NCBI GenBank assembly: GCA_012295275.1
Contig: CM022678.1
Coordinates: forward strand, 1,426,001-1,490,000
Source: Chrysomallon squamiferum
Taxonomy: Eukaryota > Animalia > Mollusca
Direction of reading: 5' to 3'
Length of the DNA: 64,000 nt
The first letter of the stretch is position 1; the number at the start of each line of letters is the position of its first letter. The notes under the pieces were generated by a model. That model was not told where the DNA came from. It did no database searches and saw only the letters and a program-made list of their open reading frames with translations. Positions 11,580 through 25,530 of this stretch are shown here, in pieces. The position numbers were made by a program, and so were the translations under genes.

Positions 11580-12045
11580 GTGAACAACCTGACAGTAAAT
11601 ACTGGTTATTATTACTACAATTACAACCTGACAGTAAATACTGGTTATTATTACCAATTACAACCCAGTAAATACTGGTTATTATTACTTTACTGGTTCT
11701 ACTTTGCATTAATTACAACCTGACAGTAAATACTGGTTAATTAAAATTACAACCTGACAGAAAATACTGGTTATTATTACTACCAACCTGACAAAAATAC
11801 AAACAAACACAGAAAATAACAACCTGACAGAAAATACTCGTTATTATTACTACAATTACAACCTGACAGAAAATACTGGTTATTATTACTACAATTACAA
11901 CCTGACAGAAAATACTCGTTGTTATTACTACAATTACAACCTGACAGAAAATACTCGTTGTTATTACTACAATTACAACCTGACAGAAAATACTCGTTGT
12001 TATTACTACAATTACAACCTGACAGAAAATACTCGTTGTTATCAT
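11580..12045. repeat. 39-bp minisatellite
   Basis: Unit tacaattacaacctgacagaaaatactcgttgttattac, about 10 copies. Confidence 0.93.
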
Positions 12046-12132
12046 TGTTTCATTTTCTGTTTAAAATCTAACAGAAATAATAATCATTATTACTTATTGC
12101 TACAATTAAATATTTTGTTACCTTAGTAAAAA

Positions 12133-12223
<91 letters not shown>

Positions 12224-12541
12224 GTAATATTTGTAACCGAAATTAAATCAAATGTAAAATGTTTAATACCACAATTACAAATATTTTAACAAAACAAATA
12301 AAAAATAAAACTTTTTTTTTTTTTTATGACAATTATATACATTCCAACTAATTACTGTTATTATTACCTTTTCTCACTAGTATCAGTTATTCAGGATATA
12401 AAATGTTTGTTGCAGTTGTAAAAATGCTTACCATCATGGTTACAAATATAGTAATAATAACAATAAAATAATAATAATAAGAGGAAGAAGAATAACAATG
12501 TTAATAATAATAATAACTACAACTAATAATAATAATAATAA

Positions 12542-12631
<90 letters not shown>

Positions 12632-12693
12632 TAATAATAATAAATAAATAATTAAATAAATAAACTAAGAAAATGAAAAGATGTTTCTCTTAC

Positions 12694-12848
12694 CATAGTT
12701 GTAGAGGCTGTCTTTCTTGAGAAGGTTGACGATGCGGAACTTGTAGGTGATTCCTGGGACCGCGTTTTGAACTCGGAAGTAATACCACTGAGTGTGTCTG
12801 TTTGTGTACAGATCTGTTTTTAGCACCAATTCATACTCATATTGACCT
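12694..12848 (-). CDS. AGBL2: CCP2/3-like exon (IGQYEYELVLKTDLYTNRHTQWYYFRVQN...IVNLLKKDSLYNYG)
   Basis: Hand-translated, not in the ORF track. YEL-L-TDLYTN-HTQW-YFRVQN is characteristic of AGBL2/3. Acceptor ttttcag, donor GTAAG, phase 2 to 1. Confidence 0.95.
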
Positions 12849-13008
12849 CTGAAAATAAATAAGTAAACTAAAATGAAATAAAATAAAATAAAACAATATT
12901 TATTACTATCATTAACTCTATCAAAAAATATTTAATACAATAATTAGAAATATTTAAAAAAACACAAAAACCCCCATTATTTTGCAATAATTTTATACAT
13001 TTTAACTA

Positions 13009-13053
<45 letters not shown>

Positions 13054-13246
13054 TTTTTGGCTATAATAATAAAACTTTATTATATAGTGTAAGCTTTGCA
13101 ATTTAGATAAATTAATATGTATAACTGTGAAATAAAAAAATAATACTAATAATAAAATAAACAAAAACAAAAACAAAAAAATAATAATAACAAATAAAAT
13201 AATAATAACAAATAAAATAATAATAACAAATTAAAAATGTTCTCAC

Positions 13247-13433
13247 ATTCTTCTAGCCTGACGTAAATTTCCGCTCTCAAATCTCGACTCAAAGACTAAA
13301 TTTGGCACACACCCCTCGGGAACCACTGGAGGAATTATCTCCCTTGGGCTGCGTTCAGAATCAAAGGCTACAAGCACTCCTCTCCACCTCCCCGTAAACT
13401 GAGTCACCTGATTGTCTATAGTCCTCTCCGGAA
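13247..13433 (-). CDS. AGBL2: Cytosolic carboxypeptidase 2/3-like exon (VPERT...LVFESRFESGNLRQARR)
   Basis: Contains FESRFESGNL, the start of the CCP N-terminal conserved domain. Acceptor tttccag, donor GTGAG, phase 1 to 2. The symbol denotes the AGBL2/AGBL3 group. Confidence 0.93.
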
Positions 13434-13458
13434 CTGGAAAAACAGCACACAAACGTTT

Positions 13459-13930
<472 letters not shown>

Positions 13931-14410
13931 AAATAAAAGCAATAAAAAGAAGAAATAATAAAAATAAGAAGAAGAATGACTGTAATAATATCAGAACAGC
14001 TGGAACGAGTTGTAATAATAATAATAATAAAAATAGTAGTAGTTGTAGTAGTAGTAGCAGTAGTAGTAGTTATAATAGTATTAAGGGTAATAATAATAAT
14101 GAAAACAGCTGTAGTAGCTGTAATAGTAATGATGATAATAATAGTAGTAGTAGCAATATGATGATAATGATGATTATGATGATATGAAGGATGATAATGA
14201 TGATGATAATAGCTGTAGTTGTTTTTGTTTTTTTCATTATAAAAAATTAATTCATTTTCTAAACTTTGGTTTGGTTAAAATATATTTAAATTTAGCATTT
14301 CACAAACAGGATATTAAATACCATTGCTTTAGAATAAAATAGAAACTACCACAGTTGTTATATGTCAGTCATGTATGTATACACACACAGACAGACACAC
14401 ACACAGACAG

Positions 14411-14452
<42 letters not shown>

Positions 14453-14457
14453 CATTT

Positions 14458-14845
14458 ATAAACAACAAACACTCACATACATGCACATACAATACATGCC
14501 AAAATATAAACAACAAACACTCACATACAAACACATACAATACATGCCAAAATATAAACAACAAACACTCACATACAAACACATACAATACATGCCAAAA
14601 TATAAACAACAAACACTCACATACAAACACATACAATACATGCCAAAATATAAACAACAAACACTCACATACAAACACATACAATACATGCCAAAATATA
14701 AACAACAAACACTCACATAGAAACACATACAATACATGCCAAAATATAAACAACAAACACTCACATAGAAACACATACAATACATGCCAAAATATAAACA
14801 ACAAACACTCACATACAAACACATACAATACATGCCAAAATATAA
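14458..14845. repeat. 48-bp minisatellite, 8 copies
   Basis: Unit ataaacaacaaacactcacatacaaacacatacaatacatgccaaaat. Explains the 16-aa periodic ORFs. Confidence 0.95.
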
Positions 14846-16274
14846 TTTAAATATTTGTGCTGCTAAATGATGTTCCAAAGTTAAGTCAATAAATGTGACC
14901 ATTACTGAATAAATTGCTCAATGCCTCAGTCTTTGTTGGTGTTTGCATTCAGGTGAGATCTCAGTCTTAAGAACATTTCTGTGAGTGTTGCCGCTCGTTA
15001 TAATTTTCAAATCAGGAAAGGATAAAATAAAATAAAATAAAATTCATGGTACATAAAAATTATATTAGTAATTCTTTCTAATATTATTATTTTTTTATAA
15101 TTTATTTAATTATTTTTATTTTAAAATGTTGATATACTTTGACATAGACAATGAAAAAGTGTAAAATGGAAGAAAAAAAAGTGATAATAAATGAATAAAT
15201 ACATGAACAAACAAATTATAAATAAAATAAAATAAATAAATAAATAAACAAACAAACAAAATAAAGAATATTCATGGGAAAGAGAGACAACCTCGTTCAT
15301 TCAAACGTCAATAACAGACAGTATTTATGATAAAGAGAAATATTAAAAAATACAAAAGTAGTGAAACCTCATTTACTCCTACATTAAGTGCACAAATAAA
15401 CAAGTTATAAATAACTTTTATTGCACAGGAATGATTGACGAAGTCATAAATTTGAATGAAGACAGAAATATGCGACAGAGAAGAAACACACTGCATTTTT
15501 TATTGACATCTGGAATCAATAAAACTGGTCATAATTTCCATTTGATCGGTCATTTATCATATTTTATGGCTGTTTATATCACTAATAATTTCATGGTGTC
15601 TTGTATAATTAGTTTATAATTATAGTTCATTTTCACAATGTCATAAATAGTTATGTGTTATTCAGTGAACTGGTGTTTAGAAAAACTAAGGAGAAAATTG
15701 ATTCAGTGTAAAAATATTGAAAAATATTTCACAAGTAGGTAATAAAATAAATAAATATGGTACGTTTTTTCTCTTTTTGTTGAATTTTTTTTTACTATTA
15801 TAATAGTGTATGTATGTATATTTGTAATATGCCTGTCTGTCTGTCTGTGTGTCTTGTTGTCTGTTTATATATTAAAAGTGTGAGCTTTTTATGTATGTGT
15901 ATCTATGTTCTGTTAATGTTTTTTTTTTTTTTTTTTTTTTGCATGTTTGTATGTTTATGTGTGTTTATTTATGTGTGTGTGTGAGTATATATATTTGCCT
16001 TAGTGTATTTGTAGAAGTGTTTTTTCCTTTTTTAAAATGTTCATATATATATATATATATAAAAAATGTAATGTACAATAACATCTGTTACATAAGTATC
16101 AGCATTATATTATACATTTTTGTTTGCCAGTGACAAATATGTTTAAAAAATATATGAAATATAAATCAATAAACATTTCTCAAAAACTCTGAAATATCTT
16201 TACGACACATTATCTGTGATAAATTAAAACTAAAAAAAAAATAAATTAAAAATACTATTTTCTACAGAACTCAC

Positions 16275-16548
16275 CTTCACTATCACAATCATTAATAGCC
16301 AAAGGCTCTGCTTCTTCGGGACAATTTTCAATAAGTCGTGGAGACGGTAGTATCTCCGTATCATAGCAACGAGGCCAATATGGCCCATAGGGCCAGAACT
16401 TTATGTCTGGTGGCCTGGTTTTGTATTTGTTAATGTACTCCTCCAGTTGCTGGGAGTAGGAGACAAAACTGACCTTGCTGGTGAAGTGGGGGGAGTCATT
16501 TTCACTGGTTGAATCAACCAACCATGCCTCCATGTTGTTTCCAACCAT
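16275..16548 (-). CDS. CCP2/3-like alternative N-terminal exon B (MVGNNMEAW...GPYWP...EPLAINDCDSE)
   Basis: Non-repetitive ORF with ATG at 16548 and an in-frame upstream TAA. Donor GAAG|GTGAG is phase 1, compatible with the acceptor at 13433. Shares a motif with exon A. Possible 5'UTR acceptor ttttctatcag at 16631. Confidence 0.75.
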
Positions 16549-16549
16549 T

Positions 16550-16564
16550 GTTGCTAACAGCAAC
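16550..16564. promoter_or_regulatory. X-box-like motif beside the start of alternative exon B
   Basis: GTTGCTAACAGCAAC lies immediately 5' of the ATG at 16548. Confidence 0.45.
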
Positions 16565-16965
16565 CAGCATGTTTAGTGACCATTTAAAGAGTTATCTGAT
16601 GGTAAAGTGAAGATGATGTATTCCAAACAACTGATAGAAAATAAATGATAGAACGATCCTCACCATGAATTGTTTGCCTGTTATTTATTTATTTATGTAT
16701 TTATTATTATTTTTTTTTTTTTTTAATTTTTATTGGAATTAAATTTGGTAAAAGTAAATAATGATTTAAATAAAATAACAAAAAAATAAAATAAAAAATA
16801 AAAAAATAAAAAGTCAAAGAACAAAATCAAATAAAGTAAAGTAAAATCAATGTAAAATTTAAAATATAAATTAATAAAATAAAATAAAACTAATGCAATT
16901 ATAATAAAAAATAAAAATAAAATCAATGAAAAATAAAATAAAATATAATAAACAAATAGAAATAA

Positions 16966-16997
<32 letters not shown>

Positions 16998-17412
16998 CAA
17001 GAATAAAAACTATAATAATACCTCAAAACAAACTGAAGTAAAAAAAGTAACCGAAAAACCACAGCAAGAAACAACATTTAAAATATTGCTTATTGTAACT
17101 CTATCAATACAAATTCCAAAACAAAGATCAAAACAACAGAAGACTGGACACACTGAATAAAACAGATATGAAAACAAAACAATAACTGAAATATAACTAA
17201 TAGTAATTAAAAACTAAACAAAAAAACCCCAACATCTTTCATTAGAAAACAGGTACAAAGAGACAAAATAAAACAGAAAATCAGCGAAGATTTGTTCTAT
17301 AACAAGAAAGTAAACTGCAAATATCTGAAGAAACACAACAAAATATATATTTACAATTTAAGGCTTCTGAAATATTTTTTATGTTTACAAACCATTGCTA
17401 ACATTTCCAACC

Positions 17413-17443
<31 letters not shown>

Positions 17444-19319
17444 GACAAAAAAAATATTTAATTACATAAATAAAATAATTAATAATAATCATGTAATAAA
17501 AAATAATTAACAACAACAATAATAATAATAAAATAAAATAAATAATAAAAAAATAATAATAATAATAATGCAAAATAAATAATGAAGAATAATAATATTT
17601 ACCAATGAAGACATTTTTCTGTGAATACAGTCCATACACAACACCATTTAGTTATAATTTAATGAACATCAGTTGTTTAGAAAACAGCACAGGAAATTCA
17701 AACATCACAACTCCAGAACTCTCTTATTTTGTTCTCCTAATTAAACTCTGTTTAAAATTTACATATCTTCCCCCACTGCAGTATCACCCTCTCAAACTTC
17801 TCATCCTGCCTTTTCTAAGAATTAAATTTCCAAAACGTTTATGAATTCAAAAATCTCTTGAACAAAAATAAAAGAAGTTTAAAAATAAATAAACCAACTC
17901 TTTTTGTGTCTGAAGTAAATAAAAGTGACTGAGATTGCTTCAGCTTGTCTGTACGTCCTTACAATGGTTGTTACAAAAATCCATCTGAATTAATAAACTG
18001 CAAAAACCCTGACAGAAACTAGTCCAAAAAAAAAAAAAAACTATTTAGAAATTATTTTTTTTTTTTTTAAATTCATTTGTCAAAAATCAGTTTACTGAAC
18101 CTAAGCTAAAAATAGACCAGAATTCAGTAACGTCTGTCAGTCTGTCATAATCAAAAACCAATCAGCTACCTGCGGAGAACATCCTGACGATGGAGTCACT
18201 GTGGCCGATTCAGCGACGGCAGTAAAAAATATGAAAATCGTTTTTCTGTTTCTTTCCCACACCGACTCGCCGAACAAAAGCAAAAATTTGCATTAGTCGT
18301 TGAGAATATAGTAGCAGTCTGAATCGAGGCTTAGAAAGTGTATTGACACCTCAGCCAATAACACAGCCATTTCTCAAATCTACAGCCCATAAAAAGGCAA
18401 ATCATCTGTCAAACTGAACTTAAAAAGAAAAAGAAAAAAAAACAGAAGAAAAAAAAGAAAAAAAAAAAAAAAAAAAAAAAAAAAGTTGAATAACAAATAA
18501 GTAAACCAAAAACAAATCAATAAATTAAAGGAGAGAAAGAGAGGGAAAGCATGTAATGGTTGGTTGGTTGGTGGTGGTGGTGGGGGGTGTGTGATAAAGA
18601 TAAACTACTTTCTAGTAAACAATCAATGTTTTACCTGTGACCTTAGTCTTGGTAAATAAACCTTCAGTAATATTGAGTGGCGAAAGCTTTTATTGACAGT
18701 TTCACTTACAGTGCGAATATTTTAATATTTCTTATTACAGTTTTTTTTTTATTGCCCGACAACCTGCGACATGCAGCAGTGTGAAAAGTGATCTGAATGG
18801 GAAAACACGCTGGTACTACTTCCCAAGAAACTGCTGTTACTTTGTTAGCAGTGAGCTGAAGAAAAGTTTAATTTACACAAATTAGTTTAACACAGATCAG
18901 AGAGCAGTTGTTTGTTTGGTTTTTTTTTCTTTTTTTCTTGTTTTGTTTTGTATTAAGTTTGTTTGTTCTTGTTTGTTTTGGGTTTGTTTTGTGGAGTTTT
19001 TTTTTTTTTTGTGTGTGCTTGTTATTGTTACTATTATTATTATTGCTACTACTACTATTACTGCTTCTACTACTACTACTATTACTATTATTACCATTAT
19101 TGCAATTAGTTATTACTATTATTATTATTATTATTCTGAAGAAAGCTGTTTGCTTTCTTTCAATTATGTTTGACCACTTACTTTTTATTTTAGTGTGTGT
19201 TTGTCTGTATGTATGTGTGTGTATGTGTTTTGTGTATATAATGTGCGTATGTTTGTGTGTGTATGTGTTTTGTGTATATATGTGTATATGTTTGTGTGTC
19301 TATGTGTTTTCGTGTATGT

Positions 19320-19327
19320 AAGTGTGT

Positions 19328-19374
<47 letters not shown>

Positions 19375-19385
19375 GTTTGTGCCTG

Positions 19386-19430
<45 letters not shown>

Positions 19431-19462
19431 ATGAAGGTTTACATGCCTGCACATGTGTATTC

Positions 19463-19525
<63 letters not shown>

Positions 19526-19557
19526 ATGAAGGTTTACATGCCTGCACATGTGTATTC

Positions 19558-19626
<69 letters not shown>

Positions 19627-19665
19627 ATGAAGGTTTACATGCCTGCACATGTGTATTCTGTCTGT
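19320..19665. repeat. Compound repeat: (TG)n interleaved with three copies of an approximately 40-bp unit
   Basis: acatgaaggtttacatgcctgcacatgtgtattctgtctg occurs three times. Confidence 0.9.
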
Positions 19666-20499
19666 GGGTGGGGTTTTTCTTTTCTTTTCTTTTTTGTTTG
19701 ACTCATTCTATTTTATTACCTGTATTAAATAACATTCTAACCTTTTTCTCACCTCACATAAAACATTTTAATTTTTTTTATTCTTAGTTTCACAATAAAC
19801 AACATGCGATGAAAGGAAAATAACCAAAAAAAAAAAAAAAAAAATACAATTTATACAAACCAAATTTTATGTTTCTTTTATGGAATTTTATTTTTCCTTT
19901 TATCATTGTTGTTGTTGTTGTTACTGTTCACTTGGTGATTGTTGTTATTTTGTTGTTTTCATTGTTTCTTATGTTGTTATTATTTTTTTTTTTAATACTA
20001 TTACCTCTACCACTACTTCTGTTGTTATTATTATTGTTATATTATTTTACTGGTTTTTTTACTGTGTTATTGGTTATTATTTATTAATAGTAATCATTAT
20101 TTATTTACTTACTTACTTACTTACTTATTTAATTTTTTTTTTTTTAAGAATTATTTATTTATTTATAAAGTCATTATGTGTCAGTAAGTATTTGTGTGTC
20201 TGTGTGTCTGTGTGTCTGAATATTTTAATTAATTATATCTACAGAAAGAAATTGTAAAATAAAAAATAAAACAGTTATTCATTAAATGCTCAGTTTTTAT
20301 ATTCAGATTGTCTGACATGAACAATAAAAAAATAAAAAATAAAAATTATATAACAAATAGCCCCTCCCTATCTCTTCATATACAAAAATATTCTTCTTTC
20401 AAATACCATTCTTTAATTTACTAATAGTTTTTCTTCTTTTTTTTCCAACTGTTTATGTTATAAACCATTTTGTTTTAAAATGATCATTTTTTTTAAAAA

Positions 20500-22798
20500 T
20501 CTTAGATACTGTTCTGGCATTAGCATAACCATTATCTCCCTTTAGGAAGTTCTCTCCCTTTACTGAATTCACATTCTTGTTTGACTGTTTTAAATTACTC
20601 AGTTATCTCGCACCTGGTCAATTTTTTTCTCTTATCTAAGTTATCCATCTTACTTAAGTTATCTCCCTTGCATGAGTTATCTCCCTTACACAAGTTTTCA
20701 TCTTGGCAAACAAAGTTTTCCTGTGTACCTGAATTTTGTTTTTTACACAGCCTTAATTCTACCCTTTGTCTGAATTCACGTTCTTGCTCGAGTTATCTCC
20801 CTTGTCCGAGTTCTTTTTCTCCTCGGTTTCCTGCCTCTCTTTCGACCGTGCTGTCTGTGGGCGTGTCAGGGAAGCAGACGACAGGTACAGGTGAGCAATT
20901 GTTAATGAGCGACGTCTGGCAAAGCGTCTGGTAGGTTCCAAGTTTTGAACCACGATACTCTGCTTCTTCAGAGACCCTTGTTCACAATTAACATCCGACG
21001 ACTTCGATGTTTCTTTGTGATCCATCTAGTACTAGTTTCTAAAACTTACTCTTACCTATTTTTAAATCTCTACATTCTTCACTCTGTCAGAATCTGATGA
21101 TTTCATCTAGTACTAGTTTCCAAATCTTACTCTTACTTAGTTTTAAATGTCTACATACTTTATGTATTAAGATTGTCAGTATCTGATGACTTGTCTAGTA
21201 CTAGTTTCCAAATCTTATCTTTGTTATTTCTTCAATCTCTACTTATTTATTTTTATTTATTCCTTACTCAAACAGCTGTGGATATACATACTCAAACCAT
21301 CAACAATCAAAATATAATCAAATTATCATATCCTGACATAAAACAAACAATATAACACACTACTTAACATTTCACACCCTAACAACTCCAAATATTATTC
21401 TTAATAATTTCCTTATTTATCTCCAATCTTATTGTCTTTGTCTTTTTTAAAAAATAAAAATATATACATATAAATATCTTCCTTAAATCCTACATATTCC
21501 TCAGCAATCCTCAATCCCAGTCACATATTCTGAACTAAACTGAATCCCACTAATTCAGTCTCATTCATGTCACGGTCCAATGAACAGTCAGTGAACCAAA
21601 ACTTATGTAAGTTTTATTAAGTCCCAACTCCTGTGTGAAGTACACACTCACTGATTTGAGTAAATCTCGCACACTTCTCAGTTTTACTCACACAAAGTCC
21701 ACAGGTTGTATTCCTTATTTTTATTCCTTGATTCTTCTTTATTTAAAATATGCTCCTTAAAATATCCTTTTTTCATTCCATGAAACTCCTTATATATTTT
21801 TTTTTTTTATAAAACTCTCCTTATGTTAGTTCTCCTTGAAATTTTCTCTATCATATTCTTTATGTTCCTTCAAACTATCCTTAAATATATTCCTTGTCCT
21901 CAAAAATCTTTTGAAATTTAGTTCTAAAAAATCTCCTGTATATTTTTAATGTTGTTTTTTTCTCCTTCAAAGTATCATTAGAGTTATTCCTAATCTTGGA
22001 AACATTCCTTAAACAAACTGGCTCCTAAGAATCTCCTAACATTACTCCTTACATTCCTTCATACTCACAGTTCTCACCTTCTGTTCTTTTAAATGTTCTC
22101 TCTCGCTTTTTTTACTCCTTCAAATTCTCTTTAAAGTTATTCCTTCTCCTTTTGCTATTCTTCTTTCTATTACTTAATCTATTCCTTAACTCATTCCTGA
22201 TTCTCCTTAATCTTATTCCATCCACTATCCTTAAACTATTCCTTAAATCGTTGCTGATTTTAGTTCAAAGGTGTCCTTTTTTTTTCCCTTTTCTTTTTGT
22301 TTCTTCACACTTTCGTGTGATCAAAGATTACACTTGCTTCTAGTTTTAAGACTTTGAGTGTTCTGTTGTAATATTTTCACATGTGTCGACTCCCAGTGAG
22401 ATAGCTGTTGTATGTCACATGTAGGTCTCCTCCACTGCATTCACTAAAATATTGACTTAACCCTTTTGCCTTTCACTGCACGAAAACTTTTTCATATACT
22501 GATCTGTCGAACAAGTGCACGCAAGACATTCATTTTATTTTTTCAAGTGTTCTCGTTATTATTAAAATCTTCTTTTCTTTTTTTTTTTTTTCTTCTGTGT
22601 GATTATTCGCCTCACAATAAACTGTTGTCCGTGTGTGAATTATTAACTCAGGTTTATTTTTAATTAGAATTTTGAAGCTGATATTCCAGTTCCAGTTTTA
22701 TTTTCATTATCATTTTTTTTTTTTTTTTATTATTATTATTATTATGATTTTTTTTCTTCTTCTTCTTCTTCAACAAGTGCTCCCAAGACATTTTTCAT
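20500..22798 (-). pseudogene. Decayed coding-like segment (possible pseudo-exon) inside the CCP intron
   Basis: Purine-rich minus strand with K/E/N/D-rich reading fragments broken by stops and frameshifts. Includes the 88-aa ORF at 20759-21025 and repeated KGDN units. Confidence 0.4.
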
Positions 22799-22826
22799 AA
22801 CACAGCAAAATGTTGCAAGTGACACA

Positions 22827-23715
22827 GTAACCATGGCAACAACTTATGACATTGAGTCACAGTTTATTATTATTATTATTATTATGTTGTTGTTGTTGTT
22901 GTTGTTGTTCTGTTTACTTGGTCCTGGTGATTATACTGAATTAATGCTCCAGAACAAAGGAACTGTTATAGTGATCAGGTAACCATAGCAACAATTTCCG
23001 TGACCAAAAAAATAAATTTCACAGTGTGTCCTTCCACTGTATAAGATGTTGTTTGTTTGTTTGTTTGTTTGTTTGATTGTTTGTTTGTTTGTTTGCTTGT
23101 TTGTTTGTTGTTGTTGGTTTTTTTTTTTTTTTTTTTTTTAATGGCTTTTACCACAGGATGGATAATAAAATTGCAAGAAACATCGAATCAGCTTTTTTTC
23201 CCATTCATCAAAAAGAGAATGGATAGAAAAATCCATGAAAATCTTTGATGATAATAAACGTCACAGGTGATCAGTAACCATGACAACAGTGTTTTGTAAT
23301 CCACCAAGATTTAGCCAAATTACAACATAATGTCCAAGTTTTTTCAGTGACAAAATATAAAATAAAAATATTTAAAAAAAATAATAAAAAAAATAGTTAA
23401 ATAAATAATGGATCTGTAACCATGACAACAGCCAAGCCAGTCTTTATTCTATCTTTCCCTTGTCCCATTCATGACATGAAAACTCAATGTCCGAATGTCC
23501 AGCATCTGTCCCACACAGAAATTTAACACACAGGTAAGTAACACAAACTCGTTATCTCATTTCACTCGACATGAAAGTAAAATCGTATCTTATGTCAACA
23601 TTAGAAAAGTAAAACAGATGTGTGTGTGTCACTTCATAGCAAGCAGCAAGAACAACGTTGCATAAGTCAGCTGACAGGTCAATAAGGTATTCACTTATCG
23701 GTTGCTATTGGCAAC
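22827..23715. promoter_or_regulatory. Cluster of five RFX X-box-like motifs
   Basis: GTAACCATGGCAAC (22827), GTAACCATAGCAAC (22979), GTAACCATGACAAC (23274, 23416) and GTTGCTATTGGCAAC (23701), compared with the consensus GTNRCC-N0-3-RGYAAC. Confidence 0.6.
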
Positions 23716-23834
23716 TGACTGAACCTTGAGGTGTGGTTATTTGCTGCTGATACGATCTGCTGCTAATGGTCGAGTGTCTGATAAAAATCAAGAGCTTTAA
23801 AGTCCCGCGACCACTTCACAGTTTTGTTTGTTTG

Positions 23835-24760
23835 TCTGTGTGTGTGTTTTATACTGTCTGTGTGTGTGTTTTATACTGTCTGTGTGTGTGTCATACACTG
23901 TCTGTGTGTGTGTCATACACTGTCTGTGTGTATGTTTTATACTGTCTGTGTGTGTGTCATACACTGTCTGTGTGTGTGTCATACACTGTCTGTGTGTATG
24001 TTTTATACTGTCTGTGTGTGTGTTTTATACTGTCTGTGTGTGTGTCATACACTGTCTGTGTGTGTGTCATATACTGTCTGTGTGTGTGTCATAAACTGTT
24101 CATACACTGTCTGTGTGTGACAGGTGTATGTTTTATACTGTCTGTGTGTGTGTTTTATACTGTTCAGTGTGTCCATACACTGTCTGTGTTTATACTGTCT
24201 GTGTGTGTGTCATAAATGTGCTGTGTGTGTGTCATACACTGTCTGTGTGTAATACAGGTGTGTTATTTGTCTGTATATTTGTTATATTGTCTGTAAGGCA
24301 GTTGTGTTGTGTACATGTTCCATTGTCTGCAAAAATGTTCAGGTACAGACAGGTATTCTGCAGTCTGTTCAGCTGTCCAGGTATTTAGGCACTGCATAAA
24401 TGTGCAGGTAAAAACAGGTATTCTAAGCTGAGTTCAGGCATCCAGGTATACTTAATTAAACATACAGAGAGGTACAGTCCATACAGATATACTCCATTCA
24501 GGTGTTTATAATCCATCAGGTGTACACAGTATCTTATAATCCACACAGGTGTATACAGGTACATTATCTTCAATACAGGTGTACACAGGTAATTTATAAT
24601 CCATACAGGCACATTGAAGTATTTTAAATTCCACACAGGTGAAAACTGGTATTTTATAATCCATACAGGTATAACCAATATTTCATAATCCGTACAGGTG
24701 TGTAAAATAATTTATAATCCATACAGGTAAATCGAACATTTTATAATCCATACAGTGAAG
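23835..24760. repeat. Two adjacent minisatellites (about 22-bp atacactgtctgtgtgtgtgtc; about 30-bp ataatccatacagg-containing)
   Basis: Periodicity visible directly. Confidence 0.85.
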
Positions 24761-25034
24761 TATTTTACACATTAAACAGATATACACAGGTAGATTGGCA
24801 GGTGTTTTTTGTTTTCTTTCTGCATGTGTGTTAATAAAGTGATCTGTAAAGCCTGACTAGGAAATTAGATAGAAATTAATACAACTATTAATAATCCAGA
24901 GTCTTTTTTTCTTTCTCTTTTTCATGTTAATTCTTGCTCAGGTCGATTGGTTGGGACCGAGGTAAAGTGAGAAGCTCTATAAATCACTTCACACTGCCCT
25001 CGGAAACATGAAAGTGAACTTGTTTGTTAACAGC

Positions 25035-25530
25035 AGGGTAAAGTGCCGCAAAGAACCGCAATGAACTTAAACGAGCGGAGCATGTCTTGTGACCATTTCT
25101 GTATTGCCTGCCTCATAGAGATAGTGTAAAATATTATAAAGAACCACAATGCACTGAAATGAACAGAGAATATCGTATATTTTTTTTCTATATTATGCAC
25201 TAGATATAGTCCTAGTAAAATACCACAAAGAACCGCAAAGGACTGAAATGAATGAAGTACCTATTTCTGAACTGCGCGCTAGACACAGAAATTGTAAAGT
25301 AAGTACCATAATAAACTGCAAAGCACTGATCTGAATAAAGCACATCTTTAATCTTTTCTGTACAACATGCTGGATATAGAAATTGTAAAGTACCACAAAG
25401 AACCACAAACTACCCCAATGCACTAAAATGAATAGACCCACATATTACAATCATTTCTCTATTACCCAATAACTACAAAATTGTAAAATGACCGCAAACA
25501 ACCGCAAAGTACCACAATGCACTGAAAAGG
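25035..25530. repeat. Degenerate repeat (aaagtaccacaaagaaccgcaatgcactgaaatgaa core)
   Basis: About six diverged copies. Confidence 0.75.

Noticed and set aside
14355-14902. 16-aa periodic repeat proteins
   Set aside because: A 48-bp minisatellite open in several frames on both strands.
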